Below, piece by piece: positions 46,060-58,605 of a stretch of DNA of 64,000 nt. The position numbers were made by a program, and so were the translations under genes. The stretch is from the NCBI GenBank assembly GCA_017654855.1, contig CM030333.1:372001-436000 (forward strand). The letters run 5' to 3'. Under the pieces are notes generated by a model. It did not search any database, was not told where the DNA came from, and worked only from the letters and a program-made list of their open reading frames with translations. The number at the start of each line of letters is the position of its first letter. Position 1 is the stretch's first letter. Source of the DNA: Podospora anserina. Its lineage: Eukaryota.

Positions 46060-48625
46060 TCACCGATTCAAACTCAACAACGCCTCAATATACCTCCTCG
46101 TATCAACCCCAATCCCCTGAGCCAACTTGGTCGCCCCATCCGCCCACCCTCCTCCCCCTCCTCCCCCTCCACCGGCACTCCCACTGGCAATATAAGACGT
46201 ACTCACCCCCCTCAACCCTCCCCCGCCGTGATCACTAGCCCGCCGGATAAGTATAATCTCCTTTGTCACACCAACCTCCCCCCTCTGTCCACCCTCCTCA
46301 CTACCACCGCCATCAGAGGAGCCATGGCCATCCACCCACCCTCTGATCGTCGCCGTGCCGGTGGTGCTTGTCGCCGTGGTGATAGTAGGCGTCAAACTGC
46401 CGTCGGTGCTCTTGCTGCTCCGTTCCAGGATCCTGGTCCAGACTATCCACCACCCCCGGCTGGTCTTGCACGTCCGTTCAAACTCTGACAGATCGTCTCG
46501 CGTGCTGCTGTACACGTTGAGAATCTGGTTGTGGGTGTTGAGGGACTCCACACGGGTCCAAGCACCTGGTTTCTTAACGCCATGCGCCGTTACCGATACT
46601 GGCTCGGGAATGTTGGGGATGGTGGAATGGATCGTGAGCAGCTTGGGGTCCCAGACCAAGTCATAAATCTGAGCTGTCGCCGCAGCACCACCGACGTCTG
46701 GTCGCTCGGGCCGGTATGCTGTGGAGGACAGCAATGGCTTGTGTAGGGGGGCAAGTTGGGTGTGTAGCGATCTGTACATGCCGTCCCAGGCCAACGAGTC
46801 GGTTCGGAGCTGGAATAAGAATATGTAGATGAAGGGTCGGTTGGCATATACCACCACCCGTAGCTTCTTGGTCTTGTTACGATCTTGGCTGTCGAATTCA
46901 GTGTTGGAGGTATCCGCGGGCTGGCCCTCCTTATCAGAAACGCCTTCCTCAGCTAGCTCAGTGTTTTGGCTGCCCAGGTCCTTGGTCATCTTTGACTCTG
47001 GCTTATCCTCGCCCTCTTTCTCAAGCTCGACGGTGAGGGTGCGCAAGAGAGTTCTCGAGTTGGGGTCGGCTGCATCTGCTGGGTCTTGGGCGTCTGGATC
47101 GTCCTCCTTACTCGTTGGTTCCTCGATATCACCCATAAGCCCAATGAGATAGCGGCCGGTGCTAAGAGAAGGCTGTCGTGATTTGGGAGCCTCTTCCGAA
47201 GTGGGAATCTGCTGTTCGCTGGCCTCAGCGGCTGGGACTTCTTGTTCCGCAGCTGGAGTGGTTTCCGTGATCCTTTTCCCAGTCAGAGACCAAGATGTCC
47301 CGTATCCCATCTTCATGTACCCAAAAAGTGTATCCATACCGCCCTTTCCTACTTCATCGGCACCCTTTGAAGATTCACCACTACTTCCAGAAGATGCAGC
47401 CTGTTGTTGTTGTTGTTGCTTGCCCTCCTTAGCAGCAGCGGCAGCCTTCCTTCCAGCAGCTCTTCTCCTTCTCGCAGCCTGTGATCGAGTCGCAGTAGGG
47501 CTGTCGTTCACTCCATATGCATTCTCCCCAAACATATACATATCTTCCATCCAGAATGTCAGGGCCCTCAAGGAATTCCTGGACAGCGCTCCAGTCCCGA
47601 GAAAAACCGCTCCATCTTCCGCTCCAGGTTCAATTCCGTTCCCAAGCCACTTTTCATCTTCCTCATTATCTTGCTCATCTTCAGAAGGAGCCTTTCCATA
47701 TCTTCCGACGACCAAGTCAACCAGCCCTTCTGTTCTTTCGACCAACCCTTCCAATACTTCCCTCTCCCCGCTGCCCCTTTCTTCCTCCCCAACTCCGATC
47801 CCCAGCTCTCCACAGGCAGCAATCTTGATACCCCCAAACACCGCGCACGCCGGATTTCCGTGGAGCATCACATTCCAGGTACTGAGAAACAGATCCCAGT
47901 ACCGCCCCAACACCGCCACAAACTTTTGCCTCTGCGTCTTGACAAACAAGGCCGAAAGCGAGCTAGCATGATGCAGCAAAAACACCGAATGTGCCCTCAG
48001 TAAATTCTGCAACAACAGCGACGTAGGCTTCACTTCCCTGGAGCTATACTCCATCTTCCTTTCCGCCCCTGCCTCCCCAGTACTAGCAGAAGGCAGCTGC
48101 GTAAGATCAATCGACTATCCCGCTCATCTTGTCAGTAACACATTTCACCTCCCCATGCTCGGCAAAAAAAAATAGTAAAAAACTCACAGCCAAAATCCAC
48201 CACCCCGGCTCCAACTCATACACCACCACCCTCCTCCTCTCCGTCTCAATCCCCTCCACCGCCTTTTCCCCCGCAAAACCCCTACTAAACTCCACCATCC
48301 CCTGCGCCAGCCCAACCTGCCTCAACCTCTCATTCCTTATCTCCCTTGACACCTGCTGCTCCATCCCACCAGTCGAAGACCGATGCCGTCTCCTCCCCTT
48401 TTTCAAACTCCCACCCTGCGACGAGGCATGCTGCTCGTTCAGCGAGGCATAATACACAATCTGGTCATTGACACTGTTCTCATCATCGCCGCCGCCGCCA
48501 GACCGCGAAGACAAGCTCGGGTTGTAAATCGCCAGAAACCCAAGCTGGGCCGGAATGATGGACGGTGCCGCCGCCGGTGGTGAGATGATGGGAGGTGGCA
48601 GGAGGGAGGGGGGTGGTGCTGCCAT
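46060..48625 (-). CDS. CCZ1: Vacuolar fusion protein Ccz1 (Mon1-Ccz1 Ypt7 GEF subunit); intron 48187-48115
   Basis: Motifs IPAQLGFLAIYNPSL, DQIVYY, NERLRQVGLAQGMVEFSRGF, ELEPGWWILA|SIDLT, EYSSREVKP, GVGEEERGSGEREVLEG and GIGVDTRRYIEALLSLNR. Confidence 0.88.
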
Positions 48626-49723
48626 TATTTTCTCTCTTTCTATTTTGGTTTTCTTGAGGACCCAAAAGCCGGTGCGCGGCGGTATAAGTTGAAAGATGAT
48701 ATATAACAAATCCCCAGTCTAGAAAGCCAGAGGGAGACAAAATGGCAGGTTAGGTAAGATAAGTTAGATACCGTCAGAGGTACTTGGGATCGCTTTACCC
48801 GCCGGGCCTGGCCTGATGACAAGTCAGCACCTGTCGATGTTGACAGGGCGGGTCCAAATTGAAGAAATGGCAAGTTGCGCTTCCCCTCAAAACGGAGATA
48901 AATGGCAAGAGCACTTGACGAGACCCTCACAAGTGAGGGATGCTAGGTTAGGTACACACTGTGCATATTGTTAGGGGAACGGCGCCGAAGGAGTGTCGTC
49001 ATAGCGAGCGCCAATTGGCTGACCTCTATCTACACTGTGGAGATCCCCGCACTGTGGAGAACCGTCCACGTATTGTATCGGCGCGTCCGACACTAACAAA
49101 CGATGGGAGCGTTGACCGGTTCAAAAACGGTCAATAGCAAAACAGAGGCCAAGTCATGATACTTGAAATTGAATTCTTGTCATCAAATATGACTGACTGT
49201 ACACGCTAGAAGAACATATACTCAAGTCCCCTCGCAAACCAAACATGCCCGCCCACCCAAGAACTCCGATTCACAGCGCCTCTCTCACTGACCTGAGAAC
49301 CAAAAGCGCCCCTTGGATACCTTATCCACCCTTATGCGTAACAGAACACCTCCTACCCGGCCCAAATGCATGTTGTGTGTGTGTATTGTCCACCTGCCAT
49401 CCATCGAACCTGCGATACAAAACCCAACAAGCACGCCGAATTAAAGCCCATAAAATAAAACAAGAAACGAAAAAGAACACGAAGAAGGAAAGTACAAGAG
49501 GTCATGACGCGTAGAGGCATCTCGGTTAGTACACCTCGTTCGGGTATCATGCGCACCCGACAATGTTGAATGGAAATTACAGCCGAGGTCGTAGTGCCCC
49601 CCTTTGACGATGCTGAAAAAAATAATCCCGAAAAGCACAGGATTGCGTAAATAATGACAAAATACAACCGTCGGCGGCGATGGGGCGGTTACGTAAAAAA
49701 AAGCTTGGAAAACGCCAAACTCT

Positions 49724-50837
49724 TTAGACGTCAATCTCCATCCTTGAAGCGATGTCCTCGCTCACACCCCGCCCGAAGTGGCTGTCGTCGGCAGCCAGGT
49801 CGAGGTCGTCATCGTAATCGTAGTCGTCGTCGTCGTCGTAGTGGTATGAGACGTCGCCGTCGGCATCGCGGTTCCATATTAAACCGTCATCCATGTCATC
49901 GTCACTGATTTCGATCCGCTCGGCGACTCTATCGCCTAGCCAGAAGATGGCTCGCTTGTTCGCGCCGACAGTGTCATCATCCTGATTGTGGGCCCACGAC
50001 TGGGTGCTTCCCCGCGACAGGAGGGCATGCGGTCTGACACTGGGGCTCTGGCTCATGACAGGCACGCCTCTAACGTGGATGTAGCAGACTCTCTTCAAGG
50101 CCTTGTTGAAGAAGAAGTAGTGGAAGGCCCAGATGGCACCCTCATCGTCCTCAAAGGGGTCATTGGCGGGTTGGTATGAGAAGATGCTGCACTCCTTCAG
50201 ATCCATCTCCTGGTCGATCAACGACCACATCTCAGGGCCCCAAGGTGGGGATGGTGAGACGCCCGTGTCAAACTCGGACACCTTGGAGGACAGGGAGTCG
50301 TAAGCGGCCATTGGGTCGAGGAAGTTGGTGTTTGGTCGCACGCTGCGGAGTGTGTTGTCAATGTGGGTCATGACGGAGCGGAGGACATTCTCGCGCTTGA
50401 AATCGCCCGGGCGGAGAACCTTGGAGAAGTCATAATCAGTGTGCGATGCGTTGAGGGTCGCGATAAGGTAGGCGAAGGTGCGCCGGTTCGACACCTCGTT
50501 TAGGGAGCCAAAGGGCGAGGAGCGCTCCAGGTTAAGACTCGCTGCCATTGAACTGCGCCGAGGTGGGGAAAGGCTTGCGTCGAACTTGAGAAGGGCGGCA
50601 TGTTGTGACTCGAGGGATTGGGAGATATTCTTGTAGAGCTTCTTGTCCGAACCGGCGGCCTTGGTCGTGTAAAGATCACAGCTGCCTTGTATGTGACAAT
50701 CGGGTGTATCAAAGTTGAGGGCGCTCGTCACTTTGTCGAACGCTGGGAGAGATAGGTACTGTCGCGGCTTGTCAGCTCGCTGCCCTGGCATAGACGGCAA
50801 CTATGATGTCAAGTGTCCACAGCACGCATACCTTCAT
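49724..50837 (-). CDS. MAF1: RNA polymerase III repressor Maf1; 6-nt first coding exon, intron 50831-50759
   Basis: Motifs MK|YLSL, GSCDLYTTKAAGSDKKLYK, SPFGSL...RRTFAYLIATLNASHTDYDFS and IWAFHYFFFNKALKRV. Confidence 0.93.
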
Positions 50838-52386
50838 TTTGGAAGCTGATAGCGGTGGGAAGCAGACTTTGCAAAGTGTGATATCTTGGGGAGATGTGCT
50901 CTGGAAAAGGTAGCCCTATCTTGCGGGGGCATCAAGACGGGAACGTGTCGTAAGATGGAGATGCGGAAGGTTGCCGGATGGACGCAGCGCGTGACCAACC
51001 AGGCGGAGTGGTGTGAATTGTGGGTAATGTTGACGGATCTGGGATGCTGAGCAGCTGTCCTGTTGTTGACGTGATGATTCGAAAAACTGATGAAAAGGCC
51101 GAGAAACTGAGAGATGGCTTCGGAGGAAGTGGTGCGCAATCCTGGGAATGTCGCAGAAGACTGCCTGTGTTGTGTGTGGTCACTGATAAAGAACAAAGAG
51201 CCAAGTTTCGGCGGGGGTGGTGTGGTGTTAGTGAGTTGCCGGGGACGATGCGATACGATGATGCGATATGGCTCGGCGCCAGATGCTGGCTGATTCGTGA
51301 TCAAAGGCACGTTTGAGAAACGCCTTTTGCACAGTTGAAACCCAGAAAGAGGGGAAGTGGAATGCAGGAAAAGAAGCTGGTTGCTGTTTTAGTCGAGTGT
51401 CTTTCAGCTGGCGGGCTGGGCCGGTGTTCGAGGTGCTGCATCATCTGGCCGCTGGCTCTGCCCACGTTGGCTTGGCCTGACCTGGCCCAGGTAGCGTAAT
51501 CCCGGTTTCGGGCGGGCACGGGGGTAAATGATCGGCAGTCCCAGGTCCTCCACCACCCCTTCCCCCTTTTCCGAACCCGGCACTCCCGTCATCATGCTGT
51601 CAACCATGAACGAATGGGAAACTCTCTTGTAACCACGGGCTGAATCTGTGAATAGCATCAGGTATAGGACTCGAAATCACATCTCAGCATCTCCCAACAA
51701 ACCCTTCAAACACATGGTCGCAATGCGGATGACAGATTCAAGTAGGGTTGGTGGAGCGCCTTGGTAGCGTTCCAATGTTGTAGTTATTAGTAAGTCGAAC
51801 TGACGTGTGCCGGGTGCTTGCTGGTCTCCTCAGAATGCATTCCCGAGGATGACCTGTGCGTTGCATGCAGTCCTTCTTTGCGGACCAGCACCGACAGACA
51901 GCCAAGTTATCTACACAATGCCCATATCTAATATCTAAGGATGGAGTTTGCTCCCTCCTCATGGGTAAATGTAGCCTAGCCCAATGCCTTCCCGCTGTTG
52001 CCGCCTGCCACGGCCTGCCATGGTCTGCTTCTTTGCAGCCGGTCTGTTCCTGCCTATAGCCATCATCATTTCCGTGTCCGTGCTGTATTTATTGTGGTAA
52101 CCGTCTTCGTCGCCTTCGGTTTGTTGGTTTGTTCGTCTTTCCTTCGTCGTCATCTAGGGGGTATCATGCCGCGTCCGCCGCCTGTTTCACAGGATTCCTG
52201 CCTCTTTGAGAGCCTTCTCGAGCTCTTCCGAAGTCTGTGTCGCATGTGTAAGCCAGCGCACTCAGTCAAGTCATGTATGATCTTTGTGTCGCCGGTGCAC
52301 AGTTTGAGGGAGGGACCTGCTGCCCAAAGTGGGAAGGGTGGGTGAATCCGTGGAGAGAAAGAGGTGCAAGTGATGATGCCGATCCT

Positions 52387-53197
52387 CTACATGATCTTGG
52401 TGACCTCATCCTCGACCTGAGGGGATAGGGTTGACGTGTCAGTAAGATCACCAGACTTGGCCGCAATAAGGGACTCGCGTGGAATGCCGTGATGAGGAAA
52501 AGAAAGGGGAGGCATCTCTGCCAAGCAGTCAACGAGTGGTGGGGGAAAGAAACCAACCTCCATGTCCTCAAGGGCATCCTGCTGGGAGATGCATCGCAAC
52601 ACATTCTTCTTGCTGCTTTCCTGCAGTTCTCCCGCCAGCAATAGCTCGTCAAGGATGTAATAGGCTTTGGTGAAAGAGAAGATAATATCTAGCTCGCACA
52701 CATTGCCGTAGTACTTGTCCATCTGCTCAACATATCGGTGGATGATTTCGAGCGTGATCAGCTCGTTGTCTTCGGAGGAGCAGCCGGCGATGAAGAAGAG
52801 GGAGGCATATCGGCGATAGACAATTTTGGTATCTGTTGATCATGCGGTCAGTATGCTGCCGAAAAAGATATCACCACTGGCATTCTCCAAAGTAGGCATG
52901 ACACACCCTTGTACTCCAGAAAGTTGCACATCCGGGTTCGTCTGGCAAGAACAAGCTGTGAAACGTCCTTGACAATCTTGGCTTTGTCCTTTGGGGACAA
53001 GGTGGTGAACCACTTGGCCAGGCGCTACAGCTGAGGTTAGGATAGATGTTCGTTGAAGCGACCGTGATGTTGGAGACAATGAGAACTGACCACTTTGCCC
53101 TGGCGCGAAAGGAGGATGAGATAGCTGCAAACACGGTAATTAGCGCAAAGAGCCTGGATGGCAGCACTGCAGGATAAACTGCCTACTTGATGGCCAT
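52387..53197 (-). CDS. APS1: AP-1 clathrin adaptor small (sigma) subunit; 5 exons
   Basis: Spliced product [23 protein letters not shown]...[26 protein letters not shown]...[14 protein letters not shown]...ELQESSKK. Confidence 0.92.
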
Positions 53198-54372
53198 GAT
53201 GAAGCTATTCAGGCTTCACCGACTGGCAGGAAGTTGTGTAGGTCTGAGGGAGGAGTGGGTGTTGTCAGGATGGTCTTGGGGAAAGTCGGTTGGCATGCTT
53301 CCATGAACAAAGTCTCCTTGCTCCAACCATCTGGAAGGTCGGCCACGACTGGACGCTCGGCCTGGGGAAATTTGGCGCCTTCCCAATCGCCGATGATGAG
53401 TGCCTGAGGAACAAACTTGCAGCGCTTGGACCCCAATTTGGCGGGGCAATCCCTGGGCAGAGGAGCTTGGGCAGATCGCCCACTGGACATCTCGAACGCC
53501 TCACAAGTGGGATCGATGGTGGGCGTGGTGGGGTAGTATACCCGACTTTCCGTCAAGGTGTTGTTGTTCCGTCGTCACCGTCCTTCGCCTTCATGGTCTG
53601 TGAAACCCTTTCAACAACTCATTAGAACTCCAAGTCTCGGCTCACTGAATAAGATATCTCTTCACCCAGCCAGTGCTCCTCGGGTGCACTGTGCAGCTTC
53701 GGCTTACAGCGGGTCAGACAACCTAGGAGCAGCAGAGTCTCAGTGGAAACAACTTCCTTATTCATCGCTCCTTGTCTGGGATTTGAAAGCGTGGGTAGAG
53801 TTCCTGAAGGGACGGCCTGGGTATGGCATGTGGGAGGTTCTAGGTCCCTCCCCACGCTCCGCGACAGAGTCCGTTGATGAGGTGGGACGGGCTTTCATCC
53901 CACGCTCTCAAATCACAAGGTCAATATTGAACAGTCTGCTCCCATCATTACTACTCCCTGTTGAAGCTGGTTCGATTTCCGCTTTGGGTACATCAATCCG
54001 GCTCTACGAGAGAGGTACATATACTAGACCTCTCCCAGTCCTTCAGGGTATACTTTCCTATATAATCACGCCTCATGAATATTCAACCGTTTATTACTCC
54101 CCAGCGTACATTCTCACATCACCAACACACATATTGACGAAGCAAGCTGGCGGGGCTCCTGTTGTTCTGACATGAATCATTAATAATTCATTGGAACCCC
54201 ACCAAGAGAGAACGCCTGCTGCGCTCGCGCTGTGCCATCCTCGAAATCTCCAACCTTTGCTCTTCTCTCTATGCGATTTCTAAAACTGCTCTACTTGCTC
54301 CTGGTGGACACCGGACAATCAATTTGGTTATTCCTGCCCGGAAGAAAGAAACGACTTGGGGGAAAGCGAACC

Positions 54373-55498
54373 ATGGCAAAGCTGATACTCTCTACCGGGT
54401 AACACTCGACCTCCTCATTTCTCCCCGTCCCATCCCTCCCCCTTCCCTTCCCTTGCCGCGCTGGCGCTGTGACTGTGTCGCATGAGAGTGGCTGCTGATT
54501 GCGTGATTTGGCATCTATCTAGGAACATCGTCTCGGGCGGCCCCTCCATCATCCGCAAGCCGGGCGCATATCGATCCAACCTTGAACTCACCAATTCGCT
54601 CCGAAGCAACTTCCTGGCCGCACAGGAGGATTACGCTACCGCCGCCGCCGACGACGAAGCCCAGGACGGGAAGCTACATGCTAACGGCGGAGTCGAAAAT
54701 GGCGCAGCGAAGAGCAATGGCAATGCGCTGCACGTAAACACAGAGACGGGCGGACGCCCTCCAGTATCGGTCTGGACTGCCGAAGAGGATGGCGCCCTGT
54801 ATGTACCCCGCATCGATTGGTCAGAGGCGGGCCTGCAGGAAGAGCCGTCGCAATACAGCATCACGGTCAAGCTCTTTTTCTTGCCGTCTGCCTCTGTCGA
54901 AAGGCGGGCGCAGTTTGCAAAGGAGGCGCTGGACTTGGTGCTGAAGGAGCTGGATGCGCCAGCTATCGACCTGCTGATTGTATCCTTCCCCGGCATGTCC
55001 TTTGAGGGCGACTGCGAATGGGAAGCCGACAGACACAACGCGGTTCAGGGCAACGACGAGCAGGAGCTCGCAACTTGGGCGGCGATTGAGGACTTGCACA
55101 GAGCTGGACTGGCCAAGAGCATCGGCCTGGCCGAGTTTGGCAGCGAGAAGCTCGCTCGCTTCCTCCAGAGGGTACAAGTCCGGCCGTCGGTCAACCAGAT
55201 TAATATCAAGAACTGCTGCAATGTACCACCACCACTCACGAAGTTGGCCAAGGAGGAAGGTATCGAGCTGCTGGCGCATAGCGACTGCATCGACATTCTT
55301 CCCGAGGGAACACTGAGGGAGCTGCTCGGCCAGGGGCTCGGTGGAGCTGGTATACTCGCTGATCCAGAGACGGGAGCCGGTGGACTGAAGGGAGATTTAG
55401 CACCGCAATGGGTTGCCAAATACACAGCCGTGGTGCGGGACCGGGGGGTGATTGAGAATAAGGGGTACTTTGCCGGTGCTGAGCTGACAGAAGGTTGA
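54373..55498 (+). CDS. Glutamate-cysteine ligase modifier (regulatory) subunit, aldo-keto reductase fold; intron 54399-54522
   Basis: Motifs MAKLILSTG|NIVSGG, YSITVKLFFL, IDLLIVSFPG, IGLAEFGSEKL, NQINIKNCCNVPP and WVAKYTAVVRDRGVIENKGY. Confidence 0.88.
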
Positions 55499-55668
55499 GA
55501 CCGGAAGTAATCTAGAAATATTCTGGGATTTACATATGGGTGGTTATCTGCTCTTTTTTGGGTACTGGATCAGACATGATATCAAGCGGAGTGTATGTAT
55601 GTTACGACCAAGATGCATGTAGCGAGCAACGCTGTTTTTGTTTCTGTTTTTTCGTTGTGGTCCTTGTA

Positions 55669-56478
55669 TTATCCAAGCATACTCCTCTTCCTCCCGCGCA
55701 TCCTGACATCTTCGAGCTTGTGAAGCACCCCCGGCGCCTTCTTGAAGGCTCCCCTATACGAGTCCAAGATGTGGTGAAATAACCTCTCCGCCCTGGGATG
55801 TGTACTCGCGAACGCTCTCTCCAACACGTAGAGATCTACCGCCCGGTCCTCGTCCGACTGACTCTGCATTGCGAGCCCAAAGTCAATCACCACCACATCG
55901 CCCGCTACAGCCTTTGCCTTCTCAGCCTTGTCCCCGTGCCCGTTTGGTAGTCTGTCGTCTGCCCATGGTCTCAGCATCATGTTGCTCGTCGTCAGATCTC
56001 CGTGTACCACGCCCGTCCTGTGAAGCGCCCCGACGGCGACTCCAATCCTCTTCATAAGATCAATCAGGGGCGTCTCGTCTTCCTGGCTGTGATCCACAAC
56101 GGCATCGTCCTCTGGCCGCTCCCCTAGCCATTTGTTGATTCCTACTCTGACCGGCTCTCCCTCGATCCACTCAATCATCATCCAGCCGGCAGCGGCATCT
56201 TTGGCGAGAACAGCTGGTACTGGGACGCCCTCACGGTAGCAGCGGTCGAGGACTTTGGCTTCGGAGGAGATGCGGGCTTTGGTGAGGCGGGCGTCGAGAA
56301 TGGGGTGGCGGTAGGGTTTTGGCGGGCGGTACTTGAGGGCGCAGAACTGGTCTGGTTGGAAGGGGGAGGGCGTTTTGTAGAGACGGCCTTCGGCACCTTG
56401 AGTGATGAGGATGGGCTTGTGGGCAGGGGAGAGGGTGAGGATTTTTGGTGGTGGGAATTCGGTTGCTGGTTCTGTCAT
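55669..56478 (-). CDS. BUD32: KEOPS/EKC complex atypical kinase Bud32/TP53RK
   Basis: Motifs ITQGAEGRLY, KYRPPKPYRHPILD, HGDLTTSNMML, IDFGLA, DRAVDLYVLERAF and VRMRGRKRSMLG. Confidence 0.95.
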   Translation of the reverse strand: MTEPATEFPPPKILTLSPAHKPILITQGAEGRLYKTPSPFQPDQFCALKYRPPKPYRHPILDARLTKARISSEAKVLDRCYREGVPVPAVLAKDAAAGWMMIEWIEGEPVRVGINKWLGERPEDDAVVDHSQEDETPLIDLMKRIGVAVGALHRTGVVHGDLTTSNMMLRPWADDRLPNGHGDKAEKAKAVAGDVVVIDFGLAMQSQSDEDRAVDLYVLERAFASTHPRAERLFHHILDSYRGAFKKAPGVLHKLEDVRMRGRKRSMLG

Positions 56479-57371
56479 GGTGGGCGAATCTGCTTTCTTT
56501 TGTCTGGCGGAAATCTCGAGGTTCTTGTCGTCGGCGAGTGTGAGTTTGTTGGGACAGATATCCTGTTCAATATTTTGGCGGTCGCATTTGTTTCCTCGGA
56601 CGTTGAAGAGGGGCAGTTGAAGAAAGTGGGATGGATCATGGAGGGGCAGAAATGTTACCCACTTGATCTGCCCGCCCACGCGGAGCTATGTAATGCTGTG
56701 GAATGGGCTATGCCCGATGCAAGGGGAAGACTTGGTGTCTGTAACGTTTAAAAGACCGTTTATCTCTCTCTTCTTCTTTTGTCTTTACCAAACTTCTCCA
56801 GACCTTGTCCCACATACGCTTAGTGGCTTCGGAAGGCATCCAAGACCTACGATTGTTTGTCCTCTCGAGTCGGCAAGCCCTTCCGATGTGAAGCACTCTC
56901 TTGATAAACTTCAGCACGACCTGATCCACCACACTTCGAACTCCCATCCTTTCAAAGATCAGAGGACATCTATCATCATCAGCGAGGACTGCGAATATGA
57001 AGCATCAACCGAGGAACCGCCAACAGCATCGCGGGGTTCTCAAGCGGCAGAATGTGATGACGCTCGGCGGCTCGCACCCCTGTCGGTGCGGGCGGTGAGG
57101 TCACCACCTCTCACAGCCAGAAAGCAGGAAACATGTGCCTGGTCCAGGGTTCGGGTCGTTCGGTGGTGGTGAGCGGGGGACAATCAAGTGACGTTCCAGC
57201 AGCCACTGTCTTTGCAATCACACACCAACGAGTGAAAAAAGCCCAGCCATCTTTCTTCCTGGCTTCTGATGGTTCGAAAGACGCCAACAATGTCATGTCG
57301 TTCACCTACCATGCCCTGAGAAATTAAGGAAGCAGCGCAGTAATCCAGGCACACGCACCACTACTGGCAAA

Positions 57372-58193
57372 ATGACAGCGGTTGCCAACACATCAGCGGG
57401 CCTCGGCGGGGACAGCTATGCCCAACAGTGGATCCTCATGCTGGCCCTTACTACCCTCGTCCTCTCGCTGGCCATCCTATCGCAGTTTGCAACCTGCTAT
57501 GCAAGAGCCTACATTGATGCGCCCAGCGAGGTGTCTGCTTTTCTGGATGCCATCGATAGCTCTATCGCCGAGAACGAGTCCTACGACCATGATATCGCCA
57601 AGGTGAAGCGGTTTGACGATAAGCTGCGGCTGGGGAAGTTGTTGCGCGACATTCAGAAAGCAGGGGACGTGCTGAGAGAGGCGCTTAATGCGTTGATGGA
57701 AGAAAGGGAGGGCGAGAAGAGGGCAGCCCAACTACGGACCGGCGCGAGATTACTATGGGCTAGTCACCGACAAGAGTTGGAGGATAAAGTGCGCCGGATG
57801 GATCTGTTGAGGATGCGGTTTCTGGTCGTGCACATGGGGATTATCTCCAGTATGGCAAGTGACATGGCGGCAATGGCGAGCAGGACGAATGGAATGGCTA
57901 TCAATGCGAGCACCAGACGAGAGTCGTCACAGAGGCCACTGCCGCCGGCAAGCCCACCTTTGACACCTGAGCCACCACCCTTACCACCACCGCTACGCGC
58001 GTTTACAGATTCGCCCATCAAGTCCAAGCCACCTTTGAGGAGGCTAACGGTACATTCGATGGGCCATCCAGAAGCAATAGAGGTGCCGCATCGAACGGGG
58101 TGGGCAGGTGTAATGCAAGAGCTTCAGAGAAGCCCGGTATTGAGAGAGAGGCACGCCAGCATCGAGCTTGCCATGTCTCGAGCGGTTTGTTGA
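57372..58193 (+). CDS. Fungal hypothetical protein: N-terminal hydrophobic helix, helical core, Pro-rich tail
   Basis: 273-aa ORF starting in a good context (aaaATG), with protein-like composition. Confidence 0.7.
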   Translation: MTAVANTSAGLGGDSYAQQWILMLALTTLVLSLAILSQFATCYARAYIDAPSEVSAFLDAIDSSIAENESYDHDIAKVKRFDDKLRLGKLLRDIQKAGDVLREALNALMEEREGEKRAAQLRTGARLLWASHRQELEDKVRRMDLLRMRFLVVHMGIISSMASDMAAMASRTNGMAINASTRRESSQRPLPPASPPLTPEPPPLPPPLRAFTDSPIKSKPPLRRLTVHSMGHPEAIEVPHRTGWAGVMQELQRSPVLRERHASIELAMSRAVC

Positions 58194-58605
58194 CGAACTG
58201 TTATGAATACATACGACATCTTGACGATTATGATCATTACGACCTTTATGACATTCCAGCATTCGGCGTTCGCGTCAGCCAGCTTCATTCAAAAATGGAA
58301 GAATGGTGGAATAGATCTATAGCGATGTTGATGGGTGCTGGCAGGATTGGTTTGGCAGTTGTTTGTCTGGTGTACTTTGACGAGATACCCTTTTTAGTCC
58401 CTTTTTCCGGTTGTTCGAGCAACAAAGCACATGTTCCGTTATATGTCATGCGGGCATCATATAGGTTCGACATTCTGGTTGATCTGTCTTCACTTTGAAC
58501 TCTTCAGTACTTGTATAATCACCATTCCATTGGTGGCTTTAGATGTATACAGGTCTCTTGAGATGTAATTGTACAATCACACTTATACACAACTGCATCG
58601 TCCTT

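Noticed and set aside
49033-49134. Direct repeat CACTGTGGAGA x2 and inverted repeat TTGACCG-N9-CGGTCAA between MAF1 and CCZ1
   Set aside because: Too short to distinguish from chance without conservation data.
53960-53990. GGTTCGATTTCC resembling a tRNA T-loop (also GGTTCGA near 5925 and 23142)
   Set aside because: No acceptor stem, D-arm or anticodon arm can be built around them.
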